From Eledone cirrhosa (taxonomy: Eukaryota), in assembly GCA_964016885.1 (NCBI GenBank), contig OZ024742.1, forward strand, positions 343,046,001-343,110,000: 64,000 bases of DNA, given 5' to 3'. The translations under genes were made by a program, and so were the position numbers. Of the stretch, positions 26,050 to 41,770 are shown in pieces (within the stretch, counting starts at the first letter, position 1; each line of letters starts with the position of its first letter). The notes under the pieces were generated by a model. The model was given only the letters and a program-made list of their open reading frames with translations, did no database searches and was not told where the DNA came from.

Positions 26050-28209
26050 TGAAGTATCTCAGCTCCAGTGGTATGAAGTATGTGATCTCCTGTTGTATGA
26101 AGTATGTGATCTACAGTGGTATGAAGTATGTGAACTCCAGTGGTATGAAGTATGTGATCTACAGTGGTATGAAGTATGTGATCTCCTGTGTTATGAAGTA
26201 TGTGATCTCCAGTAGTATGAAGTATGTCAGCTCCAGTGGTATGAAGTATGTGATCTCCAGTGGTATGAAGTATGTGATATCCAGTGGTATGAAGTATGTC
26301 AGCTCCAGTGGTATGAAGTATGTGATCTCCTGTGGTATGAAGTATGTGATCTACAGTGGTATGAAGTATGTGATCTCCAGTGGTATGAAGTATGTGATCT
26401 ACAGTGGTATGAAGTATGTAATCTCCAGTGGTATGAAGTATGTGATCTCCAGTGGTATGAAGTATGTGATCTACAGTGGTATGAAGTATGTGATCTCCAG
26501 TGGTATGAAGTATGTCAGCTCCAGTGATATGAAGTATGTGATCTCCTGTGGTATGAAGTATGTGATCTACAGTGGTATGAAGTATGTGATCTCCAGTGGT
26601 ATGAAGTATGTGATCTACAGTGGAATGAAGTATGTAATCTCCAGTGGTATGAAGTATGTGATCTACAGTGGTATGAAGTATGTGATCTCCAGTGGTATGA
26701 AGTATGTGATCTCCAGTGGTATGATGTATGTCAGCTCCAGTGGTATGAAGTATGTGATCTCCAGTGGTATGAAATATGTGATCTACAGTGGTATGAAGTA
26801 TGTTAGCTCCAGTGGTATGAAGTATGTGATCTACAGTGGTATGAAGTATGTGATCTACAGTGGTATGAAGTATGTGATCTACAATGGTATGAAGTATGTG
26901 ATCTACAGTGGTATGAAGTATGTGATCTACAGTGGTATGAAGTATGTGATCTCCAGTGGTATGAAGTATGTCAGCTCCAGTGGTATGAAGTATGTGATCT
27001 ACAGTGGTATGAAGTATGTGATCTCCAGTGGTATGAAGTATGTGATCTCCAGTGGTATGAAGTATGTGATCTCCAGTGGTATGAAGTATGTGATCTCCAT
27101 TGGTATGAAGTATGTGATCTACAGTGGTATGAAGTATCTCAGCTCCAGTGGTATGAAGTATGTGATCTCCTGTTGTATGAAGTATGTGATCTACAGTGGT
27201 ATGAAGTATGTGATCTCCAGTGGTATGAAGTATGTGATCTACAGTGGTATGAAGTATGTGATCTCCTGTGTTATGAAGTATGTGATCTCCAGTGGTATGA
27301 AGTATGTCAGCTCCAGTGGTATGAAGTATGTGATCTCCAGTGGTATGAAGTATGTGATATCCAGTGGTATGAAGTATGTCAGCTCCAGTGGTATGAAGTA
27401 TGTGATCTCCTGTGGTATGAAGTATGTGATCTACAGTGGTATGAAGTATGTGATCTCCAGTGGTATGAAGTATGTGATCTACAGTGGTATGAAGTATGTA
27501 ATCTCCAGTGGTATGAAGTATGTGATCTCCAGTGGTATGAAGTATGTGATCTACAGTGGTATGAAGTATGTGATCTCCAGTGGTATGAAGTATGTCAGCT
27601 CCAGTGATATGAAGTATGTGATCTCCTGTGGTATGAAGTATGTGATCTACAGTGGTATGAAGTATGTGATCTCCAGTGGTATGAAGTATGTGATCTACAG
27701 TGGAATGAAGTATGTAATCTCCAGTGGTATGAAGTATGTGATCTACAGTGGTATGAAGTATGTGATCTCCAGTGGTATGAAGTATGTGATCTCCAGTGGT
27801 ATGATGTATGTCAGCTCCAGTGGTATGAAGTATGTGATCTCCAGTGGTATGAAATATGTGATCTACAGTAGTATGAAGTATGTTAGCTCCAGTGGTATGA
27901 AGTATGTGATCTACAGTGGTATGAAGTATGTGATCTACAGTGGTATGAAGTATGTGATCTACAATGGCATGAAGTATGTGATCTACAGTGGTATGAAGTA
28001 TGTGAACTACAGTGGTATGAAGTATGTGATCTCCAGTGGTATGAAGTATGTCAGCTCCAGTGGTATGAAGTATGTGATCTACAGTGGTATGAAGTATGTG
28101 ATCTCCAGTGGTATGAAGTATGTGATCTCCAGTGGTATGAAGTATGTGATCTCCAGTGGTATGAAGTATGTGATCTCCATTGGTATGAAGTATGTGATCT
28201 ACAGTGGTA
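26050..28209. repeat. 1080-bp (45-monomer) tandem duplication
   Basis: Lines 26041/27121 (GTATCTCAGC, TGTTGTA), 26161/27241 (TGTGTTATG), 26521/27601 (CAGTGATAT), 26881/27961 (ACAATGG) and 27061/28141 (CTCCATTGG) match at offset 1080. Confidence 0.92.
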
Positions 28210-31200
28210 TGAAGTATGTCAGCTCCAGTGGTATGAAGTATGTGATCTACAGTGGTATGAAGTATGTGATCTACAGTGGTATGAAGTATGTGATCTACAG
28301 TGGTATGAAGTATGTCAGCTCCAGTGGTATGAAGTATATGATCTACAGTGGTATGAAGTATGTGATCTACAGTGGTATGAAGTATGTGATCTACAGTGGT
28401 ATGAAGTATGTCAGCTCCAGTGGTATGAAGTATGTGATCTACAGTGGTATGAAGTATGTAATCTACAGTGGTATGAAGTATGTGATCTCCAGTGGTATGA
28501 AGTATGTGATCTCCTGTCGTATGAAATATGTCAGCTCCAGTGGTATGAAGTATGTGATCTCCAGTGGTATGAAGTATGTGATCTCCAGTGGTATGAAATT
28601 TGTGATCTACAGTGGTATGAAGTATGTGATCTCCAGTGGTATGAAGTATGTGATCTCCAGTGATATGAAATATGTGATCTACAGTGGTATGAAGTATGTG
28701 ATCTCCAGTGGTATGAAGTATGTCATATCCTGTGGTATGAAGTATGTGATCTCCAGTGGTATGAAGTATGTCAGCTCCAGTGGTATGAAGTATGTGATCT
28801 CCAGGGGTATGAAGTATGTGATCTCCAGTGGTATGAAATATGTGATCTACAGTGGTATGAAGTATGTTAGCTCCAGTGGTATGAAGTATGTGATCTACAG
28901 TGGTATGAAGTATGTCAGCTCCAGTGGTATGAAGTATGTGATCTCCAGTGGTATGAAGTATGTGATCTCCAGTGGTATGAAGTATGTGATCTACAGTGGT
29001 ATGAAGTATGTGATCTACAGTTGTATGAAGTATGTGATCTACAGTGGTATGAAGTATGTGATCTACAGTGGTATGAAGTATGTGATCTACAGTGGTATGA
29101 AGTATGTCAGCTCCAGTGGTATGAAGTATGTGATCTACAGTGGTATGAAGTATGTCAGCTCCAGTGGTATGAAGTATGTGATCTACAGTGGTATGAAGTA
29201 TGTGATCTACAGTGGTATGAAGTATGTCAGTTCCAGTGGTATGAAGTATGTGATCTACAGTGGTATGAAGTATGTGATCTACAGTGGTATGAATATGTGA
29301 TCTACAGTGGTATGAAGTATGTGATCTCCAGTAGTATGAAGTATGTGATCTACAGTGGTATGAAGTATGTGATCTACAGTGGTATGAAGTATGTGATCTA
29401 CAGTGGTATGAAGTATGTGATCTACAGTGGTATGAAGTATGTGATCTACAGTGGTATGCAGTATGTGATCTACAGTGGTATGAAGTATGTGATCTACAGT
29501 GGTATGAAGTATGTGATCTACAGTGGTATGAAGTATGTCAGCTCCAGTGGTATAAAGTATGTGATCTACAGTGGTATGAAGTATGTGATCTACAGTGGTA
29601 TGAAGTATGTGATATCCTGTGGTATGAAGTATGTGATCTCCTGTGGTATGAAGTATGTGATATCCTGTGGTATGAAGTATGTGATATCCAGTGGTATGAA
29701 GTATGTGATCTACAGTGGTATGAAGTATGTGATCTACAGTGGTATGAAGTATGTGATATCCTGTGGTATGAAGTATGAGATATCCTGTGGTATGAAGTAT
29801 GTGATCTACAGTGGTATGATGTATGTAATCTCCAGTGGTATGAAGTATGTGATCTACAGTGGTATGAAGTATGTAATCTCCAGTGGTATGAAGTATGTGA
29901 TCTCCAGTGGTATGAAGTATGTGATCTCCAGTGGTATGACGTATGTGATCTCCAGTGGTATGAAGTATGTGAACTCCAGTGGTATGAAGTATGTAATCTC
30001 CAGTGGTATGAAGTATGTGATTGTGGTATGAAGTATGTGATCTCCAGTAGTATGAAGTATTTCAGCTCCAGTGGTATGAAGTATGTCAGCTCCAGTGGGT
30101 TGAATTATGTGATCTACAGTGGTATGATGTATGTGATCTCCAGTGGTATGAAGTATGTGATCTCCTGTGGTATGAAGTATGTGATCTACAGTGGTATGAA
30201 GTATGTGATATCCTGTGGTATGAAGTATGTGATCTCCAGTGGTATGAAGTATGTGATCTCCAGTGGTATGAAGTATGTCATCTCCAGTGGTATGAAGTAT
30301 GTGATCTCCAGTGGTATGAAGTATGTGATCTCCAGTGGTATGAAGTATGTGATATCCAGTGGTATGAAGTATGTGATCTACAGTGGTATGAAGTATGTGA
30401 TCTCCAGTGGTATGAAGTATGTGATATCCAGTGGTATGAAGTATGTGATCTACAGTGGTATGAAGTATCTCAGCTCCAGTGGTATGAAGTATGTGATCTC
30501 CTGTGGTATGAAGTATGTGATCTACAGTGGTATGAAGTATGTGATCTCCAGTGGTATGAAGTATGTGATCTACAGTGGTATGAAGTATGTGATCTCCTGT
30601 GGTATGAAGTATGTAATCTCCAGTGGTATGAAGTATGTGATCTACAGTGGTATGAAGTATGTGATCTCCAGTGGTATGAAGTATGTCAGCTCCAGTGGTA
30701 TGAAGTATGTGATCTCCTGTGGTATGAAGTATGTGATCTACAGTGGTATGAAGTATGTGATCTCCAGTGGTATGAAGTATGTGATCTACAGTGGTATGAA
30801 GTATGTGATCTCCAGTGGTATGAAGTATGTTAGCTCCAGTGCTATGAAGTGTGTGATCTACAGTGGTATGAAGTATGTGATCTACAGTGGTATGAAGTAT
30901 GTAATCTCCAGTGGTATGAAGTATGTGATCTACAGTGGTATGAAGTATGTGATTTACAGTGGTAAGAACTATGTGATCTACAGTGGTATGAAGTATGTGA
31001 TCTCCTGTGGTATGAAGTATGTGATCTACAGTCGTATGAAGTATGTGATCTCCAGTGGTATGAAGTATGTGATCTACAGTGGTATGAAGTATGTGATATC
31101 CTGTGGTATGAAGTATGTGATCTCCAGTGGTATGAAGTATGTCAGCTCCAGTGGTATGAAGTATGTGATCTCCAGTGGTATGAAGTATGTGATCTACAGT

Positions 31201-34200
31201 GGTATGAAGTATGTGATCTCCTGTGGTATGAAGTATGTGATCTACAGTGGTATGAAGTATGTTAGCTCCTGTGGTATGAAGTATGTGATCTCCAGTGGTA
31301 TGAAGTATGTGATCTAAAGTGGTATGAAGTATGTGATCTACAGTGGTATGAAGTATGTGATCTACAGTGGTATGAAGTATGTGATCTACAGTGGTATGAA
31401 GTATGTGATATCCTGTGGTATGAAGTATGTGATATCCTGTGGTATGAAGTATGTGATCTCCAGTGGTATGAAGTATGTCAGCTCCAGTGGTATGAAGTAT
31501 GTGATCTCCAGTGGTATGAATTATGTGATCTACAGTGGTATGAAGTATGTGATCTCCTGTGGTATGAAGTATGTGATCTACAGTGGTATGAAGTATGTTA
31601 GCTCCTGTGGTATGATGTATGTGATCTCCAGTGGTATGAAGTATGTGATCTCCAGTGGTATGAAGTATGTGATCTACAGTGGTATGAAGTATGTGATCTA
31701 CAGTGGTATGAAGTATGTGATCTACAGTGGTATGAAGTATGTGATATCCTGTGGTATGAAGTATGTGATATCCTGTGGTATGAAGTATGTGATCTCCAGT
31801 GGTTTGAAGTATGTGATCGCCAGTGGTATGAAGTATGTGATCTCCAGTGGTATGAAGTATGTGATATCCTGTGGTATGAAGTATGTGATCTACAGTGGTA
31901 TGAAGTATGTGATATCCTGTGGTATGAAGAATGTGATCTCCAGTGGTATGAAGTATGTGATATCCTGTGGTATGAAGTATGAGATATCCTGTGGTATGAA
32001 GTATGTGATCTACAGTGGTATGATGTATGTGATCTCCAGTGGTATGAAGTATGTGATCTACAGTGGTATGAAGTATGTGATCTACAGTGGTATGAAGTAT
32101 GTGATCTCCAGTGGTATGAAGTATGTGATCTACAGTGGTATGAAGTATGTGATCTACAGTGGTATGAATATGTGATCTACAGTGGTATGAAGTATGTGAT
32201 CTCCAGTAGTATGAAGTATGTGATCTACAGTGGTATGAAGTATGTGATCTACAGTGGTATGAAGTATGTGATCTACAGTGGTATGAAGTATGTGATCTAC
32301 AGTGGTATGAAGTATGTGATCTACAGTGGTATGCAGTATGTGATCTACTGTGGTATGAAGTATGTGATCTACAGTGGTATGAAGTATGTGATCTACAGTG
32401 GTATGAAGTATGTCAGCTCCAGTGGTATGAAGTATGTGATCTACAGTGGTATGAAGTATGTGATCTACAGTGGTATGAAGTATGTGATATCCTGTGGTAT
32501 GAAGTATGTGATCTCCTGTGGTATGAAGTATGTGATATCCTGTGGTATGAAGTATGTGATATCCAGTGGTATGAAGTATGTGATCTACAGTGGTATGAAG
32601 TATGTGATCTACAGTGGTATGAAGTATGTGATATCCTGTGGTATGAAGTATGTGATCTCCTGTGGTATGAAGTATGTGATATCCTGTGGTATGAAGTATG
32701 TGATCTACAGTGGTATGAAGTATGTGATATCCTGTGGTATGAAGTATGTGATATCCTGTGGTATGAAGTATGTGATCTACAGTGGTATGAAGTATGTGAT
32801 ATCCTGTGGTATGAAGTATGTGATCTCCAGTGGTATGAAGTATGTGATATCCTGTGGTATGAAGTATGATATATCCTGTGGTATGAAGTATGTGATCTAC
32901 AGTGGTATGATGTATGTAATCTCCAGTGGTATGAAGTATGTGATCTACAGTGGTATGAAGTATGTAATCTCCAGTGGTATGAAGTATGTGATCTCCAGTG
33001 GTATGAAGTATGTGATCTCCAGTGGTATGAAGTATGTGATCTCCAGTGGTATGAAGTATGTGAACTCCAGTGGTATGAAGTATGTAATCTCCAGTGGTAT
33101 GAAGTATGTGATTGTGGTATGAAGTATGTGATCTCCAGTAGTATGAAGTATTTCAGCTCCAGTGGTATGAAGTATGTCAGCTCCAGTGGTATGACGTATG
33201 TGATCTACAGTGGTATGAAGTATGTGATCTCCAGTGGTATGAAGTATGTGATCTCCTGTGGTATGAAGTATGTGATCTACAGTGGTATGAAGTATGTGAT
33301 ATCCTGTGGTATGAAGTATGTGATCTCCAGTGGTATGAAGTATGTGATCTCCAGTGGTATGAAGTATGTCATCTCCAGTGGTATGAAGTATGTGATCTCC
33401 AGTGGTATGAAGTATGTGATCTCCAGTGGTATGAAGTATGTGATATCCAGTGGTATGAAGTATGTGATCTACAGTGGTATGAAGTATGTGATCTCCAGTG
33501 GTATGAAGTATGTGATATCCAGTGGTATGAAGTATGTGATCTACAGTGGTATGAAGTATCTCAGCTCCAGTGGTATGAAGTATGTGATCTCCTGTGGTAT
33601 GAAGTATGTGATCTCCAGTGGTATGAAGTATGTGATCTCCAGTGGTATGAAGTATGTGATCTACAGTGGTATGAAGTATGTGATCTCCTGTGGTATGAAG
33701 TATGTGATCTCCAGTGGTATGAAGTATGTCAGCTCCAGTGGTATGAAGTATGTGATCTCCAGTGGTATGAAGTATGTGATATCCAGTGGTATGAAGTATG
33801 TCAGCTCCACTGGTATGAAGTATGTGATCTCCTGTGGTATGAAGTATGTGATCTACAGTGGTATGAAGTATGTGATCTCCAGTGGTATGAAGTATGTGAT
33901 CTACAGTGGTATGAAGTATGTAATCTCCAGTGGTATGAAGTATGTGATCTCCAGTGGTATGAAGTATGTGATCTACAGTGGTATGAAGTATGTGATCTCC
34001 AGTGGTATGAAGTATGTCAGCTCCAGTGGTATGAAGTATGTGATCTCCTGTGGTATGAAGTATGTGATCTACAGTGGTATGAAGTATGTGATCTCCAGTG
34101 GTATGAAGTATGTGATCTACAGTGGTATGAAGTATGTGATCTACAGTGGTATGAAGTATGTGATCTACAGTGGTATGAAGTATGTGATCTACAGTGGTAT

Positions 34201-37200
34201 GAAGTATGTCAGCTCCAGTGGTATGAAGTATGTGATCTACAGTGGTATGAAGTATGTGATCTACAGTGGTATGAATTATGTTATCTACAGTGGTATGAAG
34301 TATGTCAGCTCCAGTGGTATGAAGTATGTGATCTACAGTGGTATGAAGTATGTGATCTACAGTGGTATGAAGTATGTCAGCTCCAGTGGTATGAAGTATG
34401 TGATCTACAGTGGTATGAAGTATGTGATCTACAGTGGTATGAATATGTGATCTACAGTGGTATGAAGTATGTGATCTCCAGTAGTATGAAGTATGTGATC
34501 TACAGTGGTATAAAGTATGTGATCTACAGTGGTATGAAGTATGTGATCTACAGTGGTATGAAGTATGTGATCTACAGTGGTATGAAGTATGTGATCTACA
34601 GTGGTATGCAGTATGTGATCTACAGTGGTATGAAGTATGTGATCTACAGTGGTATGAAGTATGTGATCTACAGTGGTATGAAGTATGTCAGCTCCAGTGG
34701 TATGAAGTATGTGATCTACAGTGGTATGAAGTATGTGATATCCTGTGGTATGAAGTATGTGATCTCCTGTGGTATGAAGTATGTGATATCCTGTGGTATG
34801 AAGTATGTGATATCCAGTGGTATGAAGTATGTGATCTACAGTGGTATGAAGTATGTGATCTACAGTGGTATGAAGTATGTGATATCCTGTGGTATGAAGT
34901 ATGTGATCTACAGTGGTATGAAGTATGTGATATCCTGTGGTATGAAGTATGTGATATCCTGTGGTATGAAGTATGTGATCTACAGTGGTATGAAGTATGT
35001 GATATCCTGTGGTATGAAGTATGTGATCTCCAGTGGTATGAAGTATGTGATATCCTGTGGTATGAAGTATGAGATATCCTGTGGTATGAAGTATGTGATC
35101 TACAGTGGTATGATGTATGTAATCTCCAGTGGTATGAAGTATGTGATCTACAGTGGTATGAAGTATGTAATCTCCAGTGGTATGAAGTATGTGATCTCCA
35201 GTGGTATGAAGTATGTGAACTCCAGTGGTATGAAGTATGTAATCTCCAGTGGTATGAAGTATGTGATTGTGGTATGAAGTATGTGATCTCCAGTAGTATG
35301 AAGTATTTCAGCTCCAGTGGTATGAAGTATGTCAGCTCCAGTGGTATGAAGTATGTGATCTACAGTGGTATGAAGTATGTGATCTCCAGTGGTATGAAGT
35401 ATGTGATCTCCTGTGGTATGAAGTATGTGATCTACAGTGGTATGAAGTATGTGATATCCTGTGGTATGAAGTATGTGATCTCCAGTGGTATGAAGTATGT
35501 GATCTCCAGTGGTATGAAGTATGTCATCTCCAGTGGTATGAAGTATGTGATCTCCAGTGGTATGAAGTATGTGATCTCCAGTGGTATGAAGTATGTGATA
35601 TCCAGTGGTATGAAGTATGTGATCTACAGTGGTATGAAGTATGTGATCTCCAGTGGTATGAAGTATGTGATATCCAGTGGTATGAAGTATGTGATCTACA
35701 GTGGTATGAAGTATCTCAGCTCCAGTGGTATGAAGTATGTGATCTCCTGTGGTATGAAGTATGTGATCTACAGTGGTATGAAGTATGTGATCTCCAGTGG
35801 TATGAAGTATGTGATCTACAGTGGTATGAAGTATGTGATCTCCTGTGGTATGAAGTATGGGATCTCCAGTGGTATGAAGTATGTCAGCTCCAGTGGTATG
35901 AAGTATGTGATCTCCAGTGGTATGAAATATGTGATATCCAGTGGTATGAAGTATGTCAGCTCCAGTGGTATGAAGTATGTGATCTCCTGTGGTATGAAGT
36001 ATGTGATCTACAGTGGTATGAAGTATGTGATCTCCAGTGGTATGAAGTATGTGATCAACAGTGGAATGAAGTATGTAATCTCCAGTGGTATGAAGTATGT
36101 GATCTACAGTGGTATGAAGTATGTGATCTCCAGTGGTATGAAGTATGTGATCTACAGTGGTATGAAGTATGTGATCTCCTGTGGTATGAAGTATGTAATC
36201 TCCAGTGGTATGAAGTATGTGATCTACAGTGGTATGAAGTATGTGATCTCCAGTGGTATGAAGTATGTCAGCTCCAGTGGTATGAAGTATGTGATCTCCT
36301 GTGGTATGAAGTATGTGATCTACAGTGGTATGAAGTATGTGATCTCCAGTGGTATGAAGTATGTGATCTACAGTGGTATGAAGTATGTGATCTCCAGTGG
36401 TATGAAGTATGTTAGCTCCAGTGCTATGAAGTGTGTGATCTACAGTGGTATGAGGTATGTGATCTACAGTGGTATGAAGTATGTAATCTCCAGTGGTATG
36501 AAGTATGTGATCTACAGTGGTATGAAGTATGTGATTTACAGTGGTATGAACTATGTGATCTACAGTGGTATGAAGTATGTGATCTCCTGTGGTATGAAGT
36601 ATGTGATCTACAGTGGTATGAACTATGTGATCTCCAGTGGTCTGAAGTATGTGATCTACAGTGGTATGAAGTATGTGATATCCTGTGGTATGAAGTATGT
36701 GATCTCCAGTGGTATGAAGTATGTCAGCTCCAGTGGTATGAAGTATGTGATCTCCAGTGGTATGAAGTATGTGATATCCAATGGTATGAAGTATGTCAGC
36801 TCCAGTGGTATGAAGTATGTGATCTCCTGTGGTATGAAGTATGTGATCTACAGTGGTATGAAGTATGTGATCTCCAGTGGTATGAAGTATGTGATCTACA
36901 GTGGTATGAAGTATGTAATCTCCAGTGGTATGAAGTATGTGATCTCCAGTGGTATGAAGTATGTGATCTACAGTGGTATGAAGTATGTGATCTCCAGTGG
37001 TATGAAGTATGTCAGCTCCAGTGGTATGAAGTATGTGATCTCCTGTGGTATGAAGTATGTGATCTACAGTGGTATGAAGTATGTGATCTCCAGTGGTATG
37101 AAGTATGTGATCTACAGTGGTATGAAGTATGTGATTTACAGTGGTATGAAGTATGTGATCTAAAGTGGTATGAAGTATGTGATCTACAGTGGTATGAAGT

Positions 37201-40200
37201 ATGTCAGCTCCAGTGGTATGAAGTATGTGATCTACAGTGGTATGAAGTATGTGATCTACAGTGGTATGAATTATGTTATCTACAGTGGTATGAAGTATGT
37301 CAGCTCCAGTGGTATGAAGTATGTGATCTACAGTGGTATGAAGTATGTGATCTACAGTGGTATGAAGTATGTCAGCTCCAGTGGTATGAAGTATGTGATC
37401 TACAGTGGTATGAAGTATGTGATCTACAGTGGTATGAATATGTGATCTACAGTGGTATGAAGTATGTGATCTACAGTGGTATGAAGTATGTGATCTACAG
37501 TCGTATGAAGTATGTGATCTACAGTGGTATGAAGTATGTGATCTACAGTGGTATGAAGTATGTGATCTACAGTGGTATGCAGTATGTGATCTACAGTGGT
37601 ATGAAGTATGTGATCTACAGTGGTATGAAGTATGTGATCTACAGTGGTATGAAGTATGTCAGCTCCATTGGTATGAAGTATGTGATCTACAGTGGTATGA
37701 AGTATGTGATCTACAGTGGTATGAAGTATGTGATATCCTGTGGTATGAAGTATGTGATCTCCTGTGGTATGAAGTATGTGATATCCTGTGGTATGAAGTA
37801 TGTGATATCCAGTGGTATGAAGTATGTGATCTACAGTGGTATGAAGTATGTGATCTACAGTGGTATGAAGTATGTGATATCCTGTGGTATGAAGTATGTG
37901 ATCTACAGTGGTATGAAGTATGTGATATCCTGTGGTATGAAGTATGTGATATCCTGTGGTATGAAGTATGTGATCTACAGTGGTATGAAGTATGTGATAT
38001 CCTGTGGTATGAAGTATGTGATCTCCAGTGGTATGAAGTATGTGATATCCTGTGGTATGAAGTATGAGATATCCTGTGGTATGAAGTATGTGATCTACAG
38101 TGGTATGATGTATGTAATCTCCAGTGGTATGAAGTATGTGATCTACAGTGGTATGAAGTATGTAATCTCCAGTGGTATGAAGTATGTGATCTCCAGTGGT
38201 ATGAAGTATGTGATCTCCAGTGGTATGAAGTATGTGATCTCCAGTGGTATGAAGTATGTGAACTCCAGTGGTATGAAGTATGTAATCTCCAGTGGTATGA
38301 AGTATGTGATTGTGGTATGAAGTATGTGATCTCCAGTAGTATGAAGTATTTCAGCTCCAGTGGTATGAAGTATGTCAGCTCCAGTGGTATGAAGTATGTG
38401 ATCTACAGTGGTATGAAGTATGTGATCTCCAGTGGTATGAAGTATGTGATCTCCTGTGGTATGAAGTATGTGATCTACAGTGGTATGAAGTATGTGATAT
38501 CCTGTGGTATGAAGTATGTGATCTCCAGTGGTATGAAGTATGTGATCTCCAGTGGTATGAAGTATGTCATCTCCAGTGGTATGAAGTATGTGATCTCCAG
38601 TGGTATGAAGTATGTGATCTCCAGTGGTATGAAGTATGTGATATCCAGTGGTATGAAGTATGTGATCTACAGTGGTATGAAGTATGTGATCTCCAGTGGT
38701 ATGAAGTATGTGATATCCAGTGGTATGAAGTATGTGATCTACAGTGGTATGAAGTATCTCAGCTCCAGTGGTATGAAGTATGTGATCTCCTGTGGTATGA
38801 AGTATGTGATCTACAGTGGTATGAAGTTTGTGATCTCCAGTGGTGTGAAGTATGTGATCTACAGTGGTATGAAGTATGTGATCTCCTGTGGTATGAAGTA
38901 TGTGATCTCCAGTGGTATGAAGTATGTCAGCTCCAGTGGTATGAAGTATGTGATCTCCAGTGGTATGAAGTATGTGATATCCAGTGGTATGAAGTATGTC
39001 AGCTCCAGTGGTATGAAGTATGTGATCTCCTGTGGTATGAAGTATGTGATCTACAGTGGTATGAAGTATGTGATCTCCAGTGGTATGAAGTATGTGATCT
39101 ACAGTGAAATGAAGTATGTAATCTCCAGTGGTATGAAGTATGTGATCTACAGTGGTATGAAGTATGTGATCTCCAGTGGTATGAAGTATGTGATCTACAG
39201 TGGTATGAAGTATGTGATCTCCTGTGGTATGAAGTATGTAATCTCCAGTGGTATGAAGTATGTGATCTACAGTGGTATGAAGTATGTGATCTCCAGTGGT
39301 ATGAAGTATGTCAGCTCCAGTGGTATGAAGTATGTGATCTCCTGTGGTATGAAGTATGTGATCTACAGTGGTATGAAGTATGTGATCTCCAGTGGTATGA
39401 AGTATGTGATCTACAGTGGTATGAATTATGTGATCTCCAGTGGTATGAAGTATGTTAGCTCCAGTGCTATGAAGTGTGTGATCTACAGTGGTATGAGGTA
39501 TGTGATCTACAGTGGTATGAAGTATGTAATCTCCAGTGGTATGAAGTATGTGATCTACAGTGGTATGAAGTATGTGATTTACAGTGGTATGAACTATGTG
39601 ATCTACAGTGGTATGAAGTATGTGATCTCCTGTGGTATGAAGTATGTGATCTACAGTGGTATGAAGTATGTGATCTCCAGTGGTCTGAAGTATGTGATCT
39701 ACAGTGGTATGAAGTATGTGATATCCTGTGGTATGAAGTATGTGATCTCCAGTGGTATGAAGTATGTCAGCTCCAGTGGTATGAAGTATGTGATCTCCTG
39801 TGGTATGAAGTATGTGATCTACAGTGGTATGAAGTATGTGATCTCCAGTGGTATGAAGTATGTGATCTACAGTGGTATGAAGTATGTGATATCCTGTGGT
39901 ATGAAGTATGTGATCTCCAGTGGTATGAAGTATGTCAGCTCCAGTGGTATGAAGTATGTGATCTCCAGTGGTATGAAGTATGTGATCTACAGTTGTATGA
40001 AGTATGTGATCTCCTGTGGTATGAAGTATGTGATCTACAGTGGTATGAAGTATGTTAGCTCCTGTGGTATGAAGTATGTGATCTCCAATGGTATGAAGAA
40101 TGTGATCTAAAGTGGTATGAAGTATGTGATATACAGTGGTATGAAGTATTTGATCTACAGTGGTATGAAGTATGTGATCTACAGTGGTATGAAGTATGTG

Positions 40201-40809
40201 ATATCCTGTGGTATGAAGTATGTGATATCCTGTGGTATGAAGTATGTGATCTCCAGTGGTATGAAGTATGTCAGCTCCAGTGGTGTGAAGTAAGTGATCT
40301 CCAGTGGTATGAAGTATGTGATCTACAGTGGTATGAAGTATGTGATCTCCTGTGGTATGAAGTATGTGATCTACAGTGGTATGAAGTATGTTAGCTCCTG
40401 TGGTATGATGTATGTGATCTCCAGTGGTATGAAGTATGTGATCTCCAGTGGTATGAAGTATGTGATCTACAGTGGTATGAAGTATGTGATCTACAATGGT
40501 ATGAAGTATGTGATCTACAGTGGTATGAAGTATGTGATATCCTGTGGTATGAAGTATGTGATATCCTGTGGTATGAAGTATGTGATCTCCAGTGGTATGA
40601 AGTATGTGATCGCCAGTGGTATGAAGTATGTGATCTCCAGTGGTATGAAGTATGTGATATCCTGTGGTATGAAGTATGTGATCTACAGTGGTATGAAGTA
40701 TGTGATATCCTGTGGTATGAAGTATGTGATCTCCAGTGGTATGAAGTATGTGATATCCTGTGGTATGAAGTATGAGATATCCTGTGGTATGAAGTATGTG
40801 ATCTATAGT

Positions 40810-41770
40810 GGTATGAATATGTGATCTACAGTGGTATGAAGTATGTGATCTCCAGTAGTATGAAGTATGTGATCTACAGTGGTATGAAGTATGTGATCTA
40901 CAGTGGTATGAAGTATGTGATCTACAGTGGTATGAAGTATGTGATCTACAGTGGTATGAAGTATGTGATCTACAGTGGTATGCAGTATGTGATCTACAGT
41001 GGTATGAAGTATGTGATCTACAGTGGTATGAAGTATGTGATCTACAGTGGTATGAAGTATGTCAGCTCCAGTGGTATGAAGTATGTGATCTACAGTGGTA
41101 TGAAGTATGTGATCTACAGTGGTATGAAGTATGTGATATCCTGTGGTATGAAGTATGTGATCTCCTGTGGTATGAAGTATGTGATATCCTGTGGTATGAA
41201 GTATGTGATATCCAGTGGTGTGAAGTATGTGATCTACAGTGGTATGAAGTATGTGATCTACAGTGGTATGAAGTATGTGATATCCTGTGGTATGAAGTAT
41301 GTGATCTACAGTGGTATGAAGTATGTGATATCCTGTGGTATGAAGTATGTGATATCCTGTGGTATGAAGTATGTGATCTACAGTGGTATGAAGTATGTGA
41401 TATCCTGTGGTATGAAGTATGTGATCTCCAGTGGTATGAAGTATGTGATATCCTGTGGTATGAAGTATGAGATATCCTGTGGTATGAAGTATGTGATCTA
41501 CAGTGGTATGATGTATGTAATCTCCAGTGGTATGAAGTATGTGATCTACAGTGGTATGAAGTATGTAATCTCCAGTGGTATGAAGTATGTGATCTCCAGT
41601 GGTATGAAGTATGTGATCTCCAGTGGTATGAAGTATGTGATCTCCAGTGGTATGAAGTATGTGAACTCCAGTGGTATGAAGTATGTAATCTCCAGTGGTA
41701 TGAAGTATGTGATTGTGGTATGAAGTATGTGATCTCCAGTAGTATGAAGTATTTCAGCTCCAGTGGTATG
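40810..41770. repeat. Representative copy of the recurrent cassette bounded by a 23-bp monomer (ATGAATATG) and a 20-bp monomer (GTGATTGTGG)
   Basis: Corresponds to the MIYSG...VIVV frames at 8137, 11299, 17675, 20813, 25054, 29297, 32172, 34447, 37442, 40821, 45208, 47699 and 60198. Their lengths of 711-951 bp differ by multiples of 24. Confidence 0.88.
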
